Of a stretch of 64,000 nucleotides of DNA, positions 25,395-39,194 are shown piece after piece; the first letter of the stretch is position 1; each line of letters starts with the position of its first letter. This stretch comes from Octopus sinensis. Taxonomy: Eukaryota. The position numbers and the translations under genes are program-made. The notes under the pieces were generated by a model. The model was not told the DNA's origin. It searched no databases and was given only the letters and a program-made list of their open reading frames with translations. Location: the NCBI RefSeq assembly GCF_006345805.1, contig NC_043003.1, positions 43,524,001 to 43,588,000 on the forward strand, read 5' to 3'.

Positions 25395-26964
25395 TTAATG
25401 ATTCTGGGTGCATGATGATCTTGGGTAGGCGGTGGTCTTTCATCCTGCCAACGTCCTGTCCATTGCAGTAGTGTCTCAAGTAAAATGGCTCCCAGGCTGG
25501 ATGTATTGGTGATGTAGTCGTTCCAGTAAATGATGAAGATTGTATGGAGTGAGCGTTAGTGTAAATGTTCAAGAAGCCTGAGCTGATAGCAGTACAGTAC
25601 CTAGGACTCAGAGCCATATAGAAGTGTCCTGAGCACGACAACCCTGTAGACACTGACTTTTGTGCTCATCATAAGATGCTTGTTGTTCCACACAAGCTTC
25701 TACAGTCTACCAAATGCTTTGCCAGCATTTGAATGTCTGTTGTCAATTTCTTCGTTGATACTCGCATTCGATGACATGGTACATCCAAAATAAGTGAACT
25801 GCTGCACCGACGTCAGTTCTGTTTTGTCAATGGTGATGTGGGACGGGCTGTACTCTTCCTGAGGAGCTGGTTGGTGTAGGACCTAAGGGTGTTTCAAACT
25901 TACTTCCTGTCCTGAGAGATGAGTGGGCTCTGAAAAGCAGGATGTGATGTGCTGCAGGGTTGTTTCTGCGTGTAGGACAAGTGCAGAATCATCTGTAAAG
26001 ATGAGGTCCTAAATCAGTTGCGCTTGAGTCTTGGTGTGGGTCAGAAAGCAACGGAGCTTTAAAAGACAGGATCCAGACGGTACCTGATGTAAACACCGTC
26101 TCCAACGTTGATATATGCAGTGACCTGCTTGATCAGCATGCTGAAGAAGATGCGGAAGAGAGTTGGTGCCAGTACACAGCTCTGCGTCACGCTGTTGTCG
26201 AACGGGAATTGCTCTGGCAGTCTTGTTCTTGTCCTTGTTGGTCTTCGGGAAGCTCAATGAACATGGCTGGGAATTATGGAGGACAGCCAAGTCGGTTTAT
26301 GATCTGCTACAGACCTTTCGTGCTTTCAGTGTCAAATGCTTTCGTCATATCGATGAATGTTACATAAAGTGGTTTCTTTTGCTCCCGGATCTTTGGTTCG
26401 AGCTATTCTGAAAACGAAAACCGTATCTGTTGTGCTCCTGTTGGCTCTGAAATTACATTGGCTTTCTGAAAAATGTTTCTCGGCGATGGATAGAACAAGT
26501 CTGTTGAGGAGTAATCTTGCTAGAAATTTTCCTTTATTTTTGTACATTGTAATGACGACCGCATCGCGGAGATTTGTTGCGGCTTGCTATGTACCCACCA
26601 TGCAAGATGGAGCTCGTGGAACTTAAACATATAAGAGAGAACTCCCATGTTTCGCTATCTCTTGTAGTATGCCATCGAATCTTGCTGCTTTTATACTCTT
26701 CAGGCATCCTATGGCAACAGTGATCTCTTGCAGAGTTGGACGATCAGCAAGTTCTATTCTGACTGGATGCTGTTGAATATGGAGGATTGTATTTTCCTGG
26801 ACATCTCGGTTCGCCTTGAAGAGGGCTTGAATGTATTCAGACCAGCGGATGTGTATGGATGTTGGTGTCTGTGAGAAGTGACTGGCCATCTGAGCATAGG
26901 TCTCTAGCCTTGATGTGTTGGGCCGTAAACTGCATTGAGAACTTCGGAGAAGTCCTGTAATTGC

Positions 26965-26966
<2 letters not shown>
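25395..26966 (-). mobile_element. RTE/BovB-clade LINE ORF2 fragment (RT and thumb), pseudogenised
   Basis: RWSEYIQALF, PTLQEITVAIGCLKSIKAARFDGI, LLNRL...FSESQCNFRANRSTTDTVF, KVSVYRVVVLRTLLYGSESW, HRLPKII; many frameshifts; bounded by (TA)n. Confidence 0.93.
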
Positions 26967-27006
<40 letters not shown>

Positions 27007-27072
27007 GTATATGTATATATTTGTGACAGTTGGTATATATACAAATATATATATATATATAATATATATATA

Positions 27073-27113
<41 letters not shown>

Positions 27114-27149
27114 TATATATATAGAGAGAGAGTTATAGATATAGATATA

Positions 27150-28430
27150 TATAGGTGTGAGAACTGGTGAAGGCAAGTAGTTGGATGTATAACAGAAAAA
27201 ATAGAGTGAAAAAAATAGGAAAAGACTTGTGATATATGTTACATGGTAACGGAATATATTTAAATCGTTATGCTAGAAAAATGTTTTAACATTTTGTGTA
27301 TAGTAACATTGTTTTTGGAAACATAACCGGTTTCGTATTTTCTTTTCCCATTTCTAAAATGTCTTTACCCATATTGTGTCACCACGTCGCTATGATGTGA
27401 AGGTAATCAGGGATTTTTTCGGGATAAGGGAGATAATAAAAAATGTTGGGAATGACTAGGTTTTATTAATTTAACATGTTCTGGTTTAGAAAGAATAGAA
27501 TGTTCGAAGAGGTTAAGTTTTCCTTTAGATTTTTCTGAATGAGATAAGTTTCCTTATTTCAAAATGCTAGAAATGGTTTGGTTTTTGCTTACATTTCTCA
27601 ATGAAGTACGTTTCCTCATTTAATCTAACTTTTGTTGGTGCTCCAATGGCACATTGATAAAATGGAAAGATTGCAAATTGTGATAGCAGTTGTTTTGCGC
27701 ATTTCTCAATGTGTTCACTAAACGGTATCATTTTGTATTCTGGGAATGCAATCTGCTGTCTGTGCAGAATGAATCTAAGTCTGAGCGATCATTCCGTGGA
27801 TCATATGGAGTTTTGGTGACAGCCCGAGCATCTTATAACATAAGTCAGGTTTTCTGGGTTACCATTAAAATCAGGTTTCATTTTGAATTTTTATCCCTCT
27901 TTGAATAGGAATTCTGATCCTTCTAGAAGTTTTGGGCATGTTGCACAATTTGGGCTACAACATTTTTTTCACTTTTGCGTCCGTTATTTTAGAAAATAAT
28001 TTTGCCTTTTAGGGGATGTTTTTAGTGATTTCCGTTGTTTGTGGTTTTTTATGATCTTATGTGTGTGTAAAATCTCCTTTAATTTAATTTGGGATGAATT
28101 TGAAGTCTTCTTCGTATGTGGATATGTACGGCAGTATTTTCGGGAAGGTGTGTTGCTGTGTTGAATGTTTCTTAATGTTTTTATGTCTATTTGTGTTGCA
28201 CTTCTGATTCCATACTGTATGAGTTGAAATGTGTGGAGTCTGACAATCAGGGTGTATTTGAGTTCTTGCAGTCTAAAGTCTCTAGTGTTTTTCTGACACT
28301 ATTGTACATATCCTTCTTGCTACGTTAAAGGTGATATTTGTTTTGACGTGTCTTGGGTGGCATGAATTAAATAGTAGATATTGTTTGGCGTCTTGTGGTT
28401 TTATAAAATATGTCTGTTTCTATTTTTAGG
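27150..28430 (-). mobile_element. Penelope-like element (RT thumb, Zn-finger, GIY-YIG, 3' pLTR)
   Basis: Minus strand IETDIFYK..YLLFNSCHPRHVKTNITFNVARRICTIVS, then the same GIY-YIG and UTR as 7372-8110. Confidence 0.92.
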
Positions 28431-28687
28431 CTTATTTTTTTAATTAGTATATCAAAGAATGGGATAAAAGAATTTCACCTTTCAGTAAAAAAAAAGCAAA
28501 CAAACCTTTGACAAGTTTTGAGATCTTGGCATCTCAAGCAACCGGAGGCACGATAGTTTGACGAATGTATCCGACAATTGCAAGCAAAAATAAATATTGA
28601 ACCAGAAGGGACTCTACAAATTTGGACATTACGATAGTTTAACATAATAGCATCGATACACACACGAACAGACACACATACACACAG

Positions 28688-28741
<54 letters not shown>

Positions 28742-29431
28742 ATATATATATTCTTACATAGATACTTATAACTAGCTCAATGTGGTTTGAAATGGGATGC
28801 ATTTCAGTAAATAACAAGCTTTCACGGATTACGATAATACGCTCCCGTTTAATGTATGAATGAAACAAGAATTTCTTGCACATCGATAAACTGCTGGTAT
28901 TTCTGTCAATGAAGCTTAAAAAGTAGTATCAGTCAGAATCTAAAAATAAATTCAAAAGACTCGAAACGATAATATTTTAAAAGTTTACTGATTATCAAAT
29001 CAATCTGGCACGGAGATTGACTTGTATTTTTAAGCTATTACTTCCGATACTGCGAATATTGAGATAAACTATAAACTTGATTATTTTCTTCGTTTCATAT
29101 CCTATCGCAAATTGTGAAAGGGGAACATTAGAAGACAGGTACCATTCGGTTGTTGGAGAACATGATGGGGAAGCTATAGAAAAAGGAATTCTTAATAGAA
29201 GACAATCAATGAGAAATACTGCGATAATAAACAAAGATTAAAACAGGCTTCACTCTAGAATCGATGTGAATAGAATCAAACATATTCAGTGGAATCTAAA
29301 ATCCAATACTCAAATAGCGTTATAAATATCAATAGATTAAATTCTATATCGTATTCCTGCAATACATACATACATTCATACATGCCTGCATCCATGTACG
29401 CATGCATACCTATATATGTATATGCCTATAT

Positions 29432-29880
29432 GTACAGGGTGCGTCTGTTTCGTGAGGACACATCTTTCAAGAGTTCTAACTTTCTTCTAACTTACATATT
29501 TAACTTACATTTCAGTTAAATATCATCAGCAATGAGGTCGACTCCGAGCATGAAAAAAGGCACGCTGTAATCTAAACTTCCACTAAGAAAAAACAGAGTA
29601 TATGCTGCTATTTAAATTTGGGTGCTATACATAAACACAAAAGGGATGAACATACCACCGAAGATTTAAAAATATATATGCTTGCACGCTGCTGACGGGG
29701 AACCAACATCTGTACATAAACGCAAAATTTATGGACAGAGCTCGAATACAATCGAAACATAAAGCTTTATAAGAAAACGTCTAAGGCATGATCGATAAAT
29801 ATCCCGGTAAGTTAATCAGAACCATTGCAAATTATTTCAAAGCTTCAGAATGCACCATCAGAAAAGTTGTGCAGAGAAAT
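29432..29880 (+). mobile_element. Tc1/mariner-superfamily DNA transposon 5' remnant
   Basis: Begins TA-CAGGGTG (Tc1/mariner-type TIR start); HTH-like IDKYPGKLIRTIANYFKASECTIRKVV at 29788-29880. Confidence 0.6.
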
Positions 29881-30006
29881 TCGATGCATGTTGTACATAT
29901 AAACCTACACCAAACTAACTCTCAGAGAATCATTTATCTCTCATACACCCTATCTATTTATCTATGTTTATATTGGTCTATCTACCTATCTGTGTATAAG
30001 CATATA

Positions 30007-30089
<83 letters not shown>

Positions 30090-32469
30090 TTATATATATA
30101 TATATATTATTTATATATATATACAATGCAGGTACAGAGATTCACAAACACACACACACACATACACACACAAACACTAATATATATATATATATGCATG
30201 CAAGCATATATCCATTTAAACCTCAGTGGTATGCTCGTTTTCTTTTGTTAGTGTAAAGCACGGAAATTTAAATAGCACGTGATAAAATTTAATTTATTCA
30301 AAACGCATTTAACAATCCCTCAATGTAAATATAAGCCAGATTATCAATTGGCCATTTCAGTTTTGCATACCTACACCATTTATCTGGTGTTATAACAAAG
30401 ACATATTTTGCAACTAATGTTTTATGGTCATTTAATGGGTGCACAGTAATTATCAGTTAATTCATAATCCTTCATTTCCATCCTGGCAGAGAGTAGACTG
30501 TGATGTATCACGCACAATATTGAATATCTCCTCTACAACTCATTGCAACAATATAGGAACGTCTATATTGAATTAGAATTCATCCGTCATGTCATTCCTT
30601 TCGATTTCCCTTATAAATAAACGAAATGGTGTCAGCTGAGATACATTTGGCCATAGCTATGCTTGAACAAATTTGACTTAGAGCTAAACGATAAGAATTT
30701 CTTCTATAAAAACAGAAACTATAACAACTACAACAAACATATCGCCAACACAAACGCTGTGAACTGCAGCAGCAGTAGCGGTGACAAGAATAAACCACAA
30801 TACTTAAATCTTCATGAGATTACAAATCTATTCTGTTTACCTGCTCCCATATGCGCCATTTTATATTCCTATGCATACCATCCCCAACCAAGAAGAAGCA
30901 TGATTTTGTTTCCCGAATACCCTATGTTGACATGTATACAAATCTACCCAACGGATACCCTTACGTTGACATGAATATAAATCTACCTACGTCTTGAATA
31001 CAGAATGACCTTACTGATCATTGCCGAGCTGCATATATGAGTAATGTCTATTGATAAACTTTATCTGATATTCCTACAGTAAATATTCGCAGCCATCAAA
31101 TACAGATGATCGCAAAATTACCTATTTTGCTTCCTCGGCCTCTCTCACTCTCACTCTCGCTCTCTTGTTGTTCCTATTCACTGGAATTTCTGTGACATAT
31201 TTCTCTATATTGAAAGAACATCGCTTGAATGTTACGTTTTGTGATATGTTACATTTTTACTCAATGTCTTTACTGGGAGAATAATGGATTGACTTTTGTA
31301 GCCGCACAGACGATCCTATCTGAATCTATTCCTCATATCCTTATCAATGTAGCCAGCGAGTGTGGATTTATTCTATAAAACTTATAGAATAAATTTTTAT
31401 AGAAGTTTTATAATATTATATATATGATTAAAAATTTTACTTTTATTTTTATTCTTAAATGATTACAGAGTCAAAGTACAGAAAAAAAACCTTATCTTTC
31501 GAGTAATGAAACGACGAAATATATTGTTTCTTTTATTTTATGCAAGTTTGCACGTGACCTTTGTTGTTGAAAATTAAAAAATTAATAGAATAGTAATGAA
31601 AATAGATTTGGTGAAGGATAAAAATTTTGTTATCAACATTTTATTTTTTATATACTGGATCCACTCAATCAAATTGGTATTGTTTCTTTATAATTGTGTC
31701 TGTTAATCAAGATTTTCGTAAATCAGATAAAATTTCGTAAGATGTCGCCACAGTGGTTGCTGATATTTTACCGCTTATGCAATTCATTGCTGCGTTCTTT
31801 TTGTTCTACTATTGAATCCAACATAAAACTTTTACAAAACTCGGAAGACAAATAAACAATTTAAGTATTAAAACTCCAAAGAGAAGGTGCTTTGTCTACA
31901 TACTCAGAATTTTAATCTCAACTAAAAGCAATTACCGATAAAATGACAATAAATATTTCTTTAAAACATTTTATTATCTAAACCTTCGTCTAAAAGTATA
32001 AATCAAAAATGAGGTAAACGTATCAAAAATTGGTATGTACGTTGTAATGAATAAAGGAATCTTGCTTAAAATGATTGTCACAAGTCTATTTCAGAACGAT
32101 TTTCATTTGGTACATTTCACAGGACTAGTGTATGAAAAAAAATCATGAATATGTAACATGAAAAAAATGATCTCGAGCACACAACAGAAATATATTGTAC
32201 AGATGAAATACAAATATTCACATATAGATACATGCATATAAATATATAAGATGTTAATATCATTCCCTTTGCATACGATGCTTTAAACAAATACATAATA
32301 ATCCACAAATCCAAATTAACTGGTAAAGAAATAGAATGAATAAAAGAGAAAAAGTAAAGGAAATATAAATAAATCAGAGAATAAAGAAATATTTATATAA
32401 AATTATGCACGACATATATTTGTGTCACCAGAATCATATGTAAATTAGCTAGTGTCTTCCCTAGAGTTG

Positions 32470-32478
32470 CTGACGTCC

Positions 32479-32524
<46 letters not shown>

Positions 32525-32538
32525 TAATAATAATAATA

Positions 32539-32600
<62 letters not shown>

Positions 32601-32690
32601 CATCATTATTATTATTATTATTATTATTCTTGTTGTTGTTGTTATTATTATTATTATTATTATTATCATTATTATCATCATCATTAGTAA
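32470..32690. repeat. (AAT)n immediately followed by (TAT)n: inverted trinucleotide array
   Basis: Switch at 32540/32541. Confidence 0.95.
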
Positions 32691-32880
32691 TATAATAACA
32701 ACATCGAAAAATACCTTAGGAATGAGAACCTAGGTTCGAAATTTACCCAAGACACCTGATGAAGCCTGGAAGGTATATGAGCCGAAACGTTTCAACAACA
32801 AGGAAGCTGAGGACAAATATCGATCAAATGTAAAGAATGTAAACAATCTACATAATTCCTCATCTCTTAAATATAGAACT
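32690..32880 (+). mobile_element. Short PLE pLTR-like repeat containing a decayed hammerhead motif
   Basis: Between (TAA)-type and (TA)n arrays; contains gacac-CTGATGA-agcctggaaggtatatgagcc-GAAACGTT. Confidence 0.6.
32751..32796 (+). ncRNA. Hammerhead-like motif, probably inactive
   Basis: Intact CUGAUGA and GAAAC cores and palindromic ACGU stem III; stem II has 2 mismatches and the stem I partner is missing. Confidence 0.5.
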
Positions 32881-33306
32881 TTATATATATATATTATATA
32901 TATATATATATACATACATGTTTATGTATATATGTATATATATACATGTTTGTATGTATAAATATATATGTATGTATATACAGTTTTTTCAGAATGAGAT
33001 AATAATCCAAGGCTGTGAAGATTTTGGAACATTTATAAATAGAAGGTCTTACAGCTGTTTCCATGATATTTATTATATCCCTTCATCAGAGATGGTATGA
33101 CAAAATGGTTAAGCAATAGTTAATTTATATAAGAAACGAAATAGAGAGTGAAGTGGAGGAATGAAAGTAGATGTAAGATATGCATGGATATTGGATTTGT
33201 AGATCCACTGTTTAGGCAGAATGGTATACGTATAAGATTCCAATACCTTGCGAGTAAAATCCAATAGTATCTAAATTTGATCATATCTCAAATCACATCT
33301 CAAACA

Positions 33307-33679
33307 CGCGCCAACCATCATAATCGCAACCGAGCTCATACACTCGTCGATGGAACCCTGGAAGTTCTAACACCTAGACCCCACACACATTCATTTAACA
33401 CTAGATCAAAAACGAAAACAAATAAAACAGCTAACCACAACAGGCCTTGCCACCCACATGCAATTTTTAACTCATTCTGAAAAGAAAAATTGTATATATA
33501 CACACACGCTGATATATGACCTACGTTGGACTCCTTATTCGCATAATCACCGAGCCTGGAACTTAACTATGGTCTATCCATAGCACTTACTCAGCATTAC
33601 CTGACACACTTGGATCATACTGACACCATTACCTCTCTCTCTCTGTATATAAATATGTGTGTGTGTGTATATGTAAATA

Positions 33680-33721
<42 letters not shown>

Positions 33722-33732
33722 TATAATATATA
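33307..33732. mobile_element. Unclassified 426-bp insert flanked by 25-bp direct repeats
   Basis: catatctcaaatcacatctcaaaca at 33282-33306 and 33733-33757; the insert ends in (CT)/(GT)/(TA) repeats. Confidence 0.55.
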
Positions 33733-33757
33733 CATATCTCAAATCACATCTCAAACA

Positions 33758-33980
33758 AAAGGTGGCGAGCTGGCAGAAACGTTAGCATACCGGGCGAATT
33801 GCTTAGCGGTATTTCGTCTGTCGTTACGTTCTGAGTTCAAATTCCGCCGAGGACGACTTTGCCTTTCATCCTCTCAGGGTCGATAAATAAAGTACCAGTT
33901 TCGCACTGGGTCGATGTAATCGACTTAATCCCTTTGTTTGTCCCCTCTATGTTTAGCCCCTTGTGGGTAGTAAAGAAATA
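33758..33980 (+). mobile_element. SINE family 2, full length
   Basis: aaggtggcgagctggcagaaacgttagcat (A-box region), gagttcaaattcc (B box), core gggtcgataaataaagtaccag...gggtcgatgtaatcgact, tail ttagccccttgtgggtagtaaagaaata. Confidence 0.93.
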
Positions 33981-34045
33981 TATAATATATACCTACGTAT
34001 ATATAAATGTTTATATATCTGTATATATGTACGTGTGTGTATAGA

Positions 34046-34094
<49 letters not shown>

Positions 34095-35425
34095 ATATAT
34101 GTAGGTATGTATGCATATATATATATGGATGCATTTATGTATACACACGTGTGTGTACGCATACAAATAAATGTTGGACAATATGAGGTTCATTTTCACA
34201 TCCTTTGGAGCCTCGTAGACGGGCGGACTGTAAAAAAAGTGCCAAACTTAGATGTTAGGTGGTAGAAGGGAGAGAATACTAAAAGCAAATCTCATCGGGC
34301 TTCTGGTGCGACTGTTTTGTATTCCAAGGTTTAGTTCAGATCAGTAAGGTTCGTCTGTTTTTATTGCACATGTATTCCATATTTTATGGGTGTGTCCACA
34401 TGCCCGTGTCAGTAAATGAATTGATGCCCTATGACAGAATATTAGCATCACTCGTTCAAGGTTAATGAACAACACCTATAGACATACCTGAGGAAGAGCA
34501 ATAAATCTGGAATCCTGTCAATGGTGTTCAAACTTTTCTTATTTCGAATGCTTCGAATTGATATAATACTTACAAGACGGTAATTTTTGTCATAAAATTA
34601 TATAAGTATAGAAAACTTTTTTTTTTTAATTTCAGTTGAAGCGGGCGCATATTGCACATTTTTCAATATTTTCTTTTTGCTAAAGGTAATTGGCAAAATC
34701 TATTGAGCAAAACTATCGCATTAATGGATTTTATTCTTAAACATGCCAATCATGTGTGTTCATGATATATTTATAGATGTGTAGCATTTTGCATGGAAAT
34801 CTCACCTTATATCATTACACGCCCAGTTACAACATAAAAAAGCATCTTAAACATTGCGAAAGTAATATTATTTCCATTCATTGTGTGATCAAGAAAAGTA
34901 TTGTATCCGTAATGGCTATTTTCTGGACATTTTCTCGCAAACGTTCGACATAAATGCTTATGTCACTATTTTATATTACCACCTTAATACATATTGATTC
35001 AAAAGTGACATTTTTAGGAGTATAATATGTAGTTCTATAGATCTATATCACAAAATCTTCAAGATAACTAATCTGCATCTATCTGGAATGTTGTATAATA
35101 TAACATTACTTCCGTAAGATGCAATGCAATCTTAATACACAGCCTTTTAATAACATACTCTCCCAGCATGTTTCCACAAATGCTAAGATTCTTTAAATTA
35201 TCACAAGCCATTTTTACACTGTTAGCACGCAAATAAAATCTTATAAATCATCTGTTACAGTAAAATCATACCATTATTTCATTCGAAAGATGTAAAATTA
35301 CAATTGACCTCATTCATTAATGAATTAAAGCTGAAAAACGGGTAAGTGTCATGTCTTTCCACTTTATTATCAAACACTACAACTATTCATGTTCTCAAAT
35401 GCAGCAAAAAACATGTAAATGCAAT

Positions 35426-35470
<45 letters not shown>

Positions 35471-35899
35471 CATATATATATATATATGTGTGTGTGCGTG
35501 TGTGTATGCGTATATGCGCATGTGTGTATCTGCGTGAGCTTGTGATTGAAACATTTTCCTAAAAATACTTCATACAGTAACAATATTTAAAAAACATTTA
35601 CTTTCAAGTTATTGACTATTTGAAAAAACTTTCAGTATTTTATGCAGTTATTGGCTACTTGATATCATCATAATACAATTGAACCTCTCTTACTACTTGA
35701 TATACATCAGGAATGTCATAGTATTCGTCGAGTTCATATCAGTAAATTTACGATAGCAATTGGAATGAACAACATTCCTTATTTAAAATCATTACAATCG
35801 TTTCGACACTCACATCTTTAGGCCCGTATTACATTTTAAAATGGACCTCCTCATCTGATTGTTTCACTAAGTAGCTTATAACGAAGGATGTATTTAAAC

Positions 35900-38800
35900 A
35901 ACCAGCTCCGCATCATGTATATCAGATTAGCACCAAATGAGAAACAAAACCTGAATATATCTCATCTTCGAAGCAGAGATTCAATGTATATTAAACAAGA
36001 TTTCAAAAGACCAGAAACTAACGAAATTATAATGTTAAAGTGAAAAGCTGCATGGTTAGAAACAAACGAAGGCAATTCTGGAGCGGAATTAGTGAAAACT
36101 AAATATACAGTTCTTATTAGAAAAACAGTGGAATTTAATAAAAGCAAGACAGAGTATCATAAATCCTTTCATTTTTAATTTACAAGACGAATTCCTAAAT
36201 AAAGGGTATGACAACCCATAATATTCCATGTTCTAGCCTTTTTAAAAATGGAAAAGTATAAATCATACCAAGACTAGACCAACTACCACAAATATCTCCC
36301 AAGTGAAAGCATTGGAAGAACATACCGAAGTAGAGCGTCGCTCCCAAGAGATCATACCATGAAAAAAAATTCTAAAACAGAAGGAATGAAACAAATGAAA
36401 ATTAAACAGCAAGATAAAGATATCTTATGAGAACATACAAATATATCAAATATCAAAGTAGGTGGATCACCTTCCGACAAAATAGAGGAACTGAGTATCA
36501 ATGGCTTACAGAAGAAGAACGCATTTTAGGGAACAGGAGCTCCAAAATGTATGGAGAGAAAACTCTAATAATGCAGAGAGTCAAGGAACTCTAGAATCAT
36601 TCAACCCAAGTGTTACATAACTTTCTAAGCAAAACGTCATGAAAATAGACTCAAATTCCCAAACATGATATAATAGATTTGAAAAAGTATATTGAGTTTT
36701 TTTGTAGAAATCTCCATCTACGAGATTTCTGTCAAAACGATCATGACGAAGGCAAAAACACCTGTGAAAAACAAAGTATTTAAACTTAAACCTCCAACGA
36801 ACGGATATAATCACATAACGTGAGCAAACCCAGATATTGTGACAAACCATATAACTGCAAAAATTACGAAAGAAGAAGCGAAATAACTTACAACGTCTAC
36901 AGAAAGATTGCTCTGTAGACATTAGTGAAACTGAAAAGTGAAAAGTAAGTGATAATGGACAAGAACCCTTACAGGTGAATAGTCTTAGAAGAAATAGAAT
37001 GATGATAATTTCAAAACCTTATAAATTGATGGAGATAAACTTATGATGAATTGGTTTAGGAAATTAACAGAGAATTATAAAATGACTACACGAAAAATGA
37101 GTGTGACCATCTCCCTCGGTAAAACGATTAATTTTTATGGGCAACCAATAATCATAAATCTAAAGAAATCAATAACTGTGTAAAAAATCACCATATATCA
37201 TATGTTAAATTCCCCAAACCGTCTAATCTGAAATTACGTCCAATTGTTACATGCCCAATATCTAGCATCCAAAAATTACACAATTGGCTTGATATAATTT
37301 TGAATCCATTGTGCAAATTGGTTGACAGTTTCAGCACAGATGACATGGGCGTCCCAAAGGATAATCCACAAACAGTAAATAATGAGACAATCCTGGTAGG
37401 TTACGAGATAACCTCTCCCTACATACATACTTTCTTGAGTATTAGAAGCAGTAGAACTCAGGAGAGACAAATACTCACAAAGGATTCATGAGAGATTCTC
37501 AAAGGAATTTATGCTAAGATGATTGAGATTGGTACCAGAAAACAACTTCTCAGTGAAGCTAATACCACAAATAAATAAAAAGCTTAGCAATGGAATGAAA
37601 TCCGCACGTATGTTTACGAATCTAGTAAGTTATTCATAGAAGAGAAGATCTATATCCTCTCTGGAGTTACTTTTGATCAATATTTCCGATTCTATTTATT
37701 ATGTAAGAGGAAGAGATTCGTAAGTGACACATTTTGGAAAAAATGAGAAGATGACAAGATTTATCTAATTCAACAATTTAATATGTACCTTTCATAAATC
37801 AGCCCAGTTCACTACGGAAGTAAATGAACGGCAACTTCCTTTTCTTCACATTTTCATATTTAGAGAAAATAAGACAGTTATAAACGATCTCTAGTACAAG
37901 GACATAGATACACACCTTTCTTTAATCTTTAAATATTTCCAACAATTCTACACAATATGGAACATACCTTTCAATTGCTTAGACACAAATAAACGAGAAA
38001 TAAGTACGTAGCTTCAGAAAAAAACCATCATTGCACAAAACGTTCTAAATCATGCCATGATGAAAGGAATGAAAATCCCAGTCTTTGTCCTACAGGGTGT
38101 GAAAATGAAAACAAATATAAATATTCCATACTCCTACAATCCACCAAGAAAACAATAGATTTCTTAGAAAGAAATAATGCATGCAACAAAACGTGGGGAC
38201 ACTTTTTGTGTGACGCATGAAATACTTGAACAAGGAACAACCAAAAGATTCAAGAATAGGAAGGAACTGAAGGTAAATTCAAACATGGAATGCAAAGCAA
38301 ACTATTTCATCTAGTGCATTAGATGCCCAAAATGAAACTAGAATTACATCAGAGGAACAAGAACAAAATTAACCAGTTGTGTAAGAGAGTAGAGACAGCA
38401 AATTAAAAATTCCATTCTTACGAATTTCATATGGATTCCTTTCAAATGGAGAATATCTAGAGATTTGTGCAGATGGAAGATTCAAAATTTTCCCTTTAAG
38501 AAAAAACGAAAATTATCAATTATGAAAGGCTAAGTAAAATAATTCATAATAATTCTAATTCCAAAACTAAAGCACAAATACTGAATAACTTCATCAAAGC
38601 CAAATTCCTCTTTATTATAAGGATTAATTCAGGAGAGGATTGAGTGAAAACCTGATCAAGAATAGCACTTACACCTATTATGGAAATAATTTTGCAAAAG
38701 TTTGATGAAGTTTTCAAAGTTAATATATTTTAAAAATATAATATAATATAGTATAATATAATATGATATAATATAATATAATATAATATATATATTTCAA

Positions 38801-38995
38801 AATATAACCATATGTGGATCGTTTGCAAGTCTTCCTTTTCTAGTGGACAGTCCTCTGTCTCCTGTTTCTGAAGAAAAGCCTTTGCTCGAAACTTAAAATT
38901 CCTTTCTTTCCTTCCCTGGGCGTCTGCTAATACTTTGCATGTACCACGTCCTCACGTTGTTTCCTTCTTGTGTTTTTTCTTCGCTATTTTGGGTG
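35900..38995 (+). mobile_element. Large decayed Penelope-like element (N-terminus, RT, thumb, GIY-YIG, 3' terminus)
   Basis: LKLRPIVTCPISSIQKLHNWLDIILNPL (37230-37310), ILVGYEITS.Y, AM/GMKSAR..NL, LPFL, and GIY-YIG-like CIRCPK..NYIRGTRTKL (38310-38380); many stops; hammerhead-like motif at 38865-38900. Confidence 0.85.
38865..38900 (+). ncRNA. Hammerhead-like motif at the PLE 3' end, decayed
   Basis: ttt-CTGAAGA-a-aagcctttgctc-GAAAC-ttaaaa: canonical core; stem II partly intact; stem III palindrome broken. Confidence 0.5.
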
Positions 38996-39017
38996 ATGAA
39001 TGATATATATATATATA

Positions 39018-39150
39018 TGGAGAGTTTACGAAAAAAACAAAAGACGAAAACAGGTGATGTACAAAACAAACAGATGTATTAGTATAACGAACAGGAATGG
39101 AAAAAGACTATTACGTTTCGAGTTTACGCTCTTCTACAGAAAGGGACATG
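39018..39150 (-). mobile_element. PLE terminal fragment with a hammerhead-like motif (39108-39142)
   Basis: Minus strand tt-CTGTAGA-a-gagcgtaaactc-GAAACGTA, followed by sequence related to 38900-38995 (ctaatac...gtac...tgttttttt.cg). Confidence 0.6.
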
Positions 39151-39162
39151 TATATGTGTATG

Positions 39163-39194
<32 letters not shown>

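Noticed and set aside
28995-29234. Hydrophobic ORF resembling a secreted or membrane protein
   Set aside because: It starts at TTG, has no recognisable family, and the opposite strand is equally open
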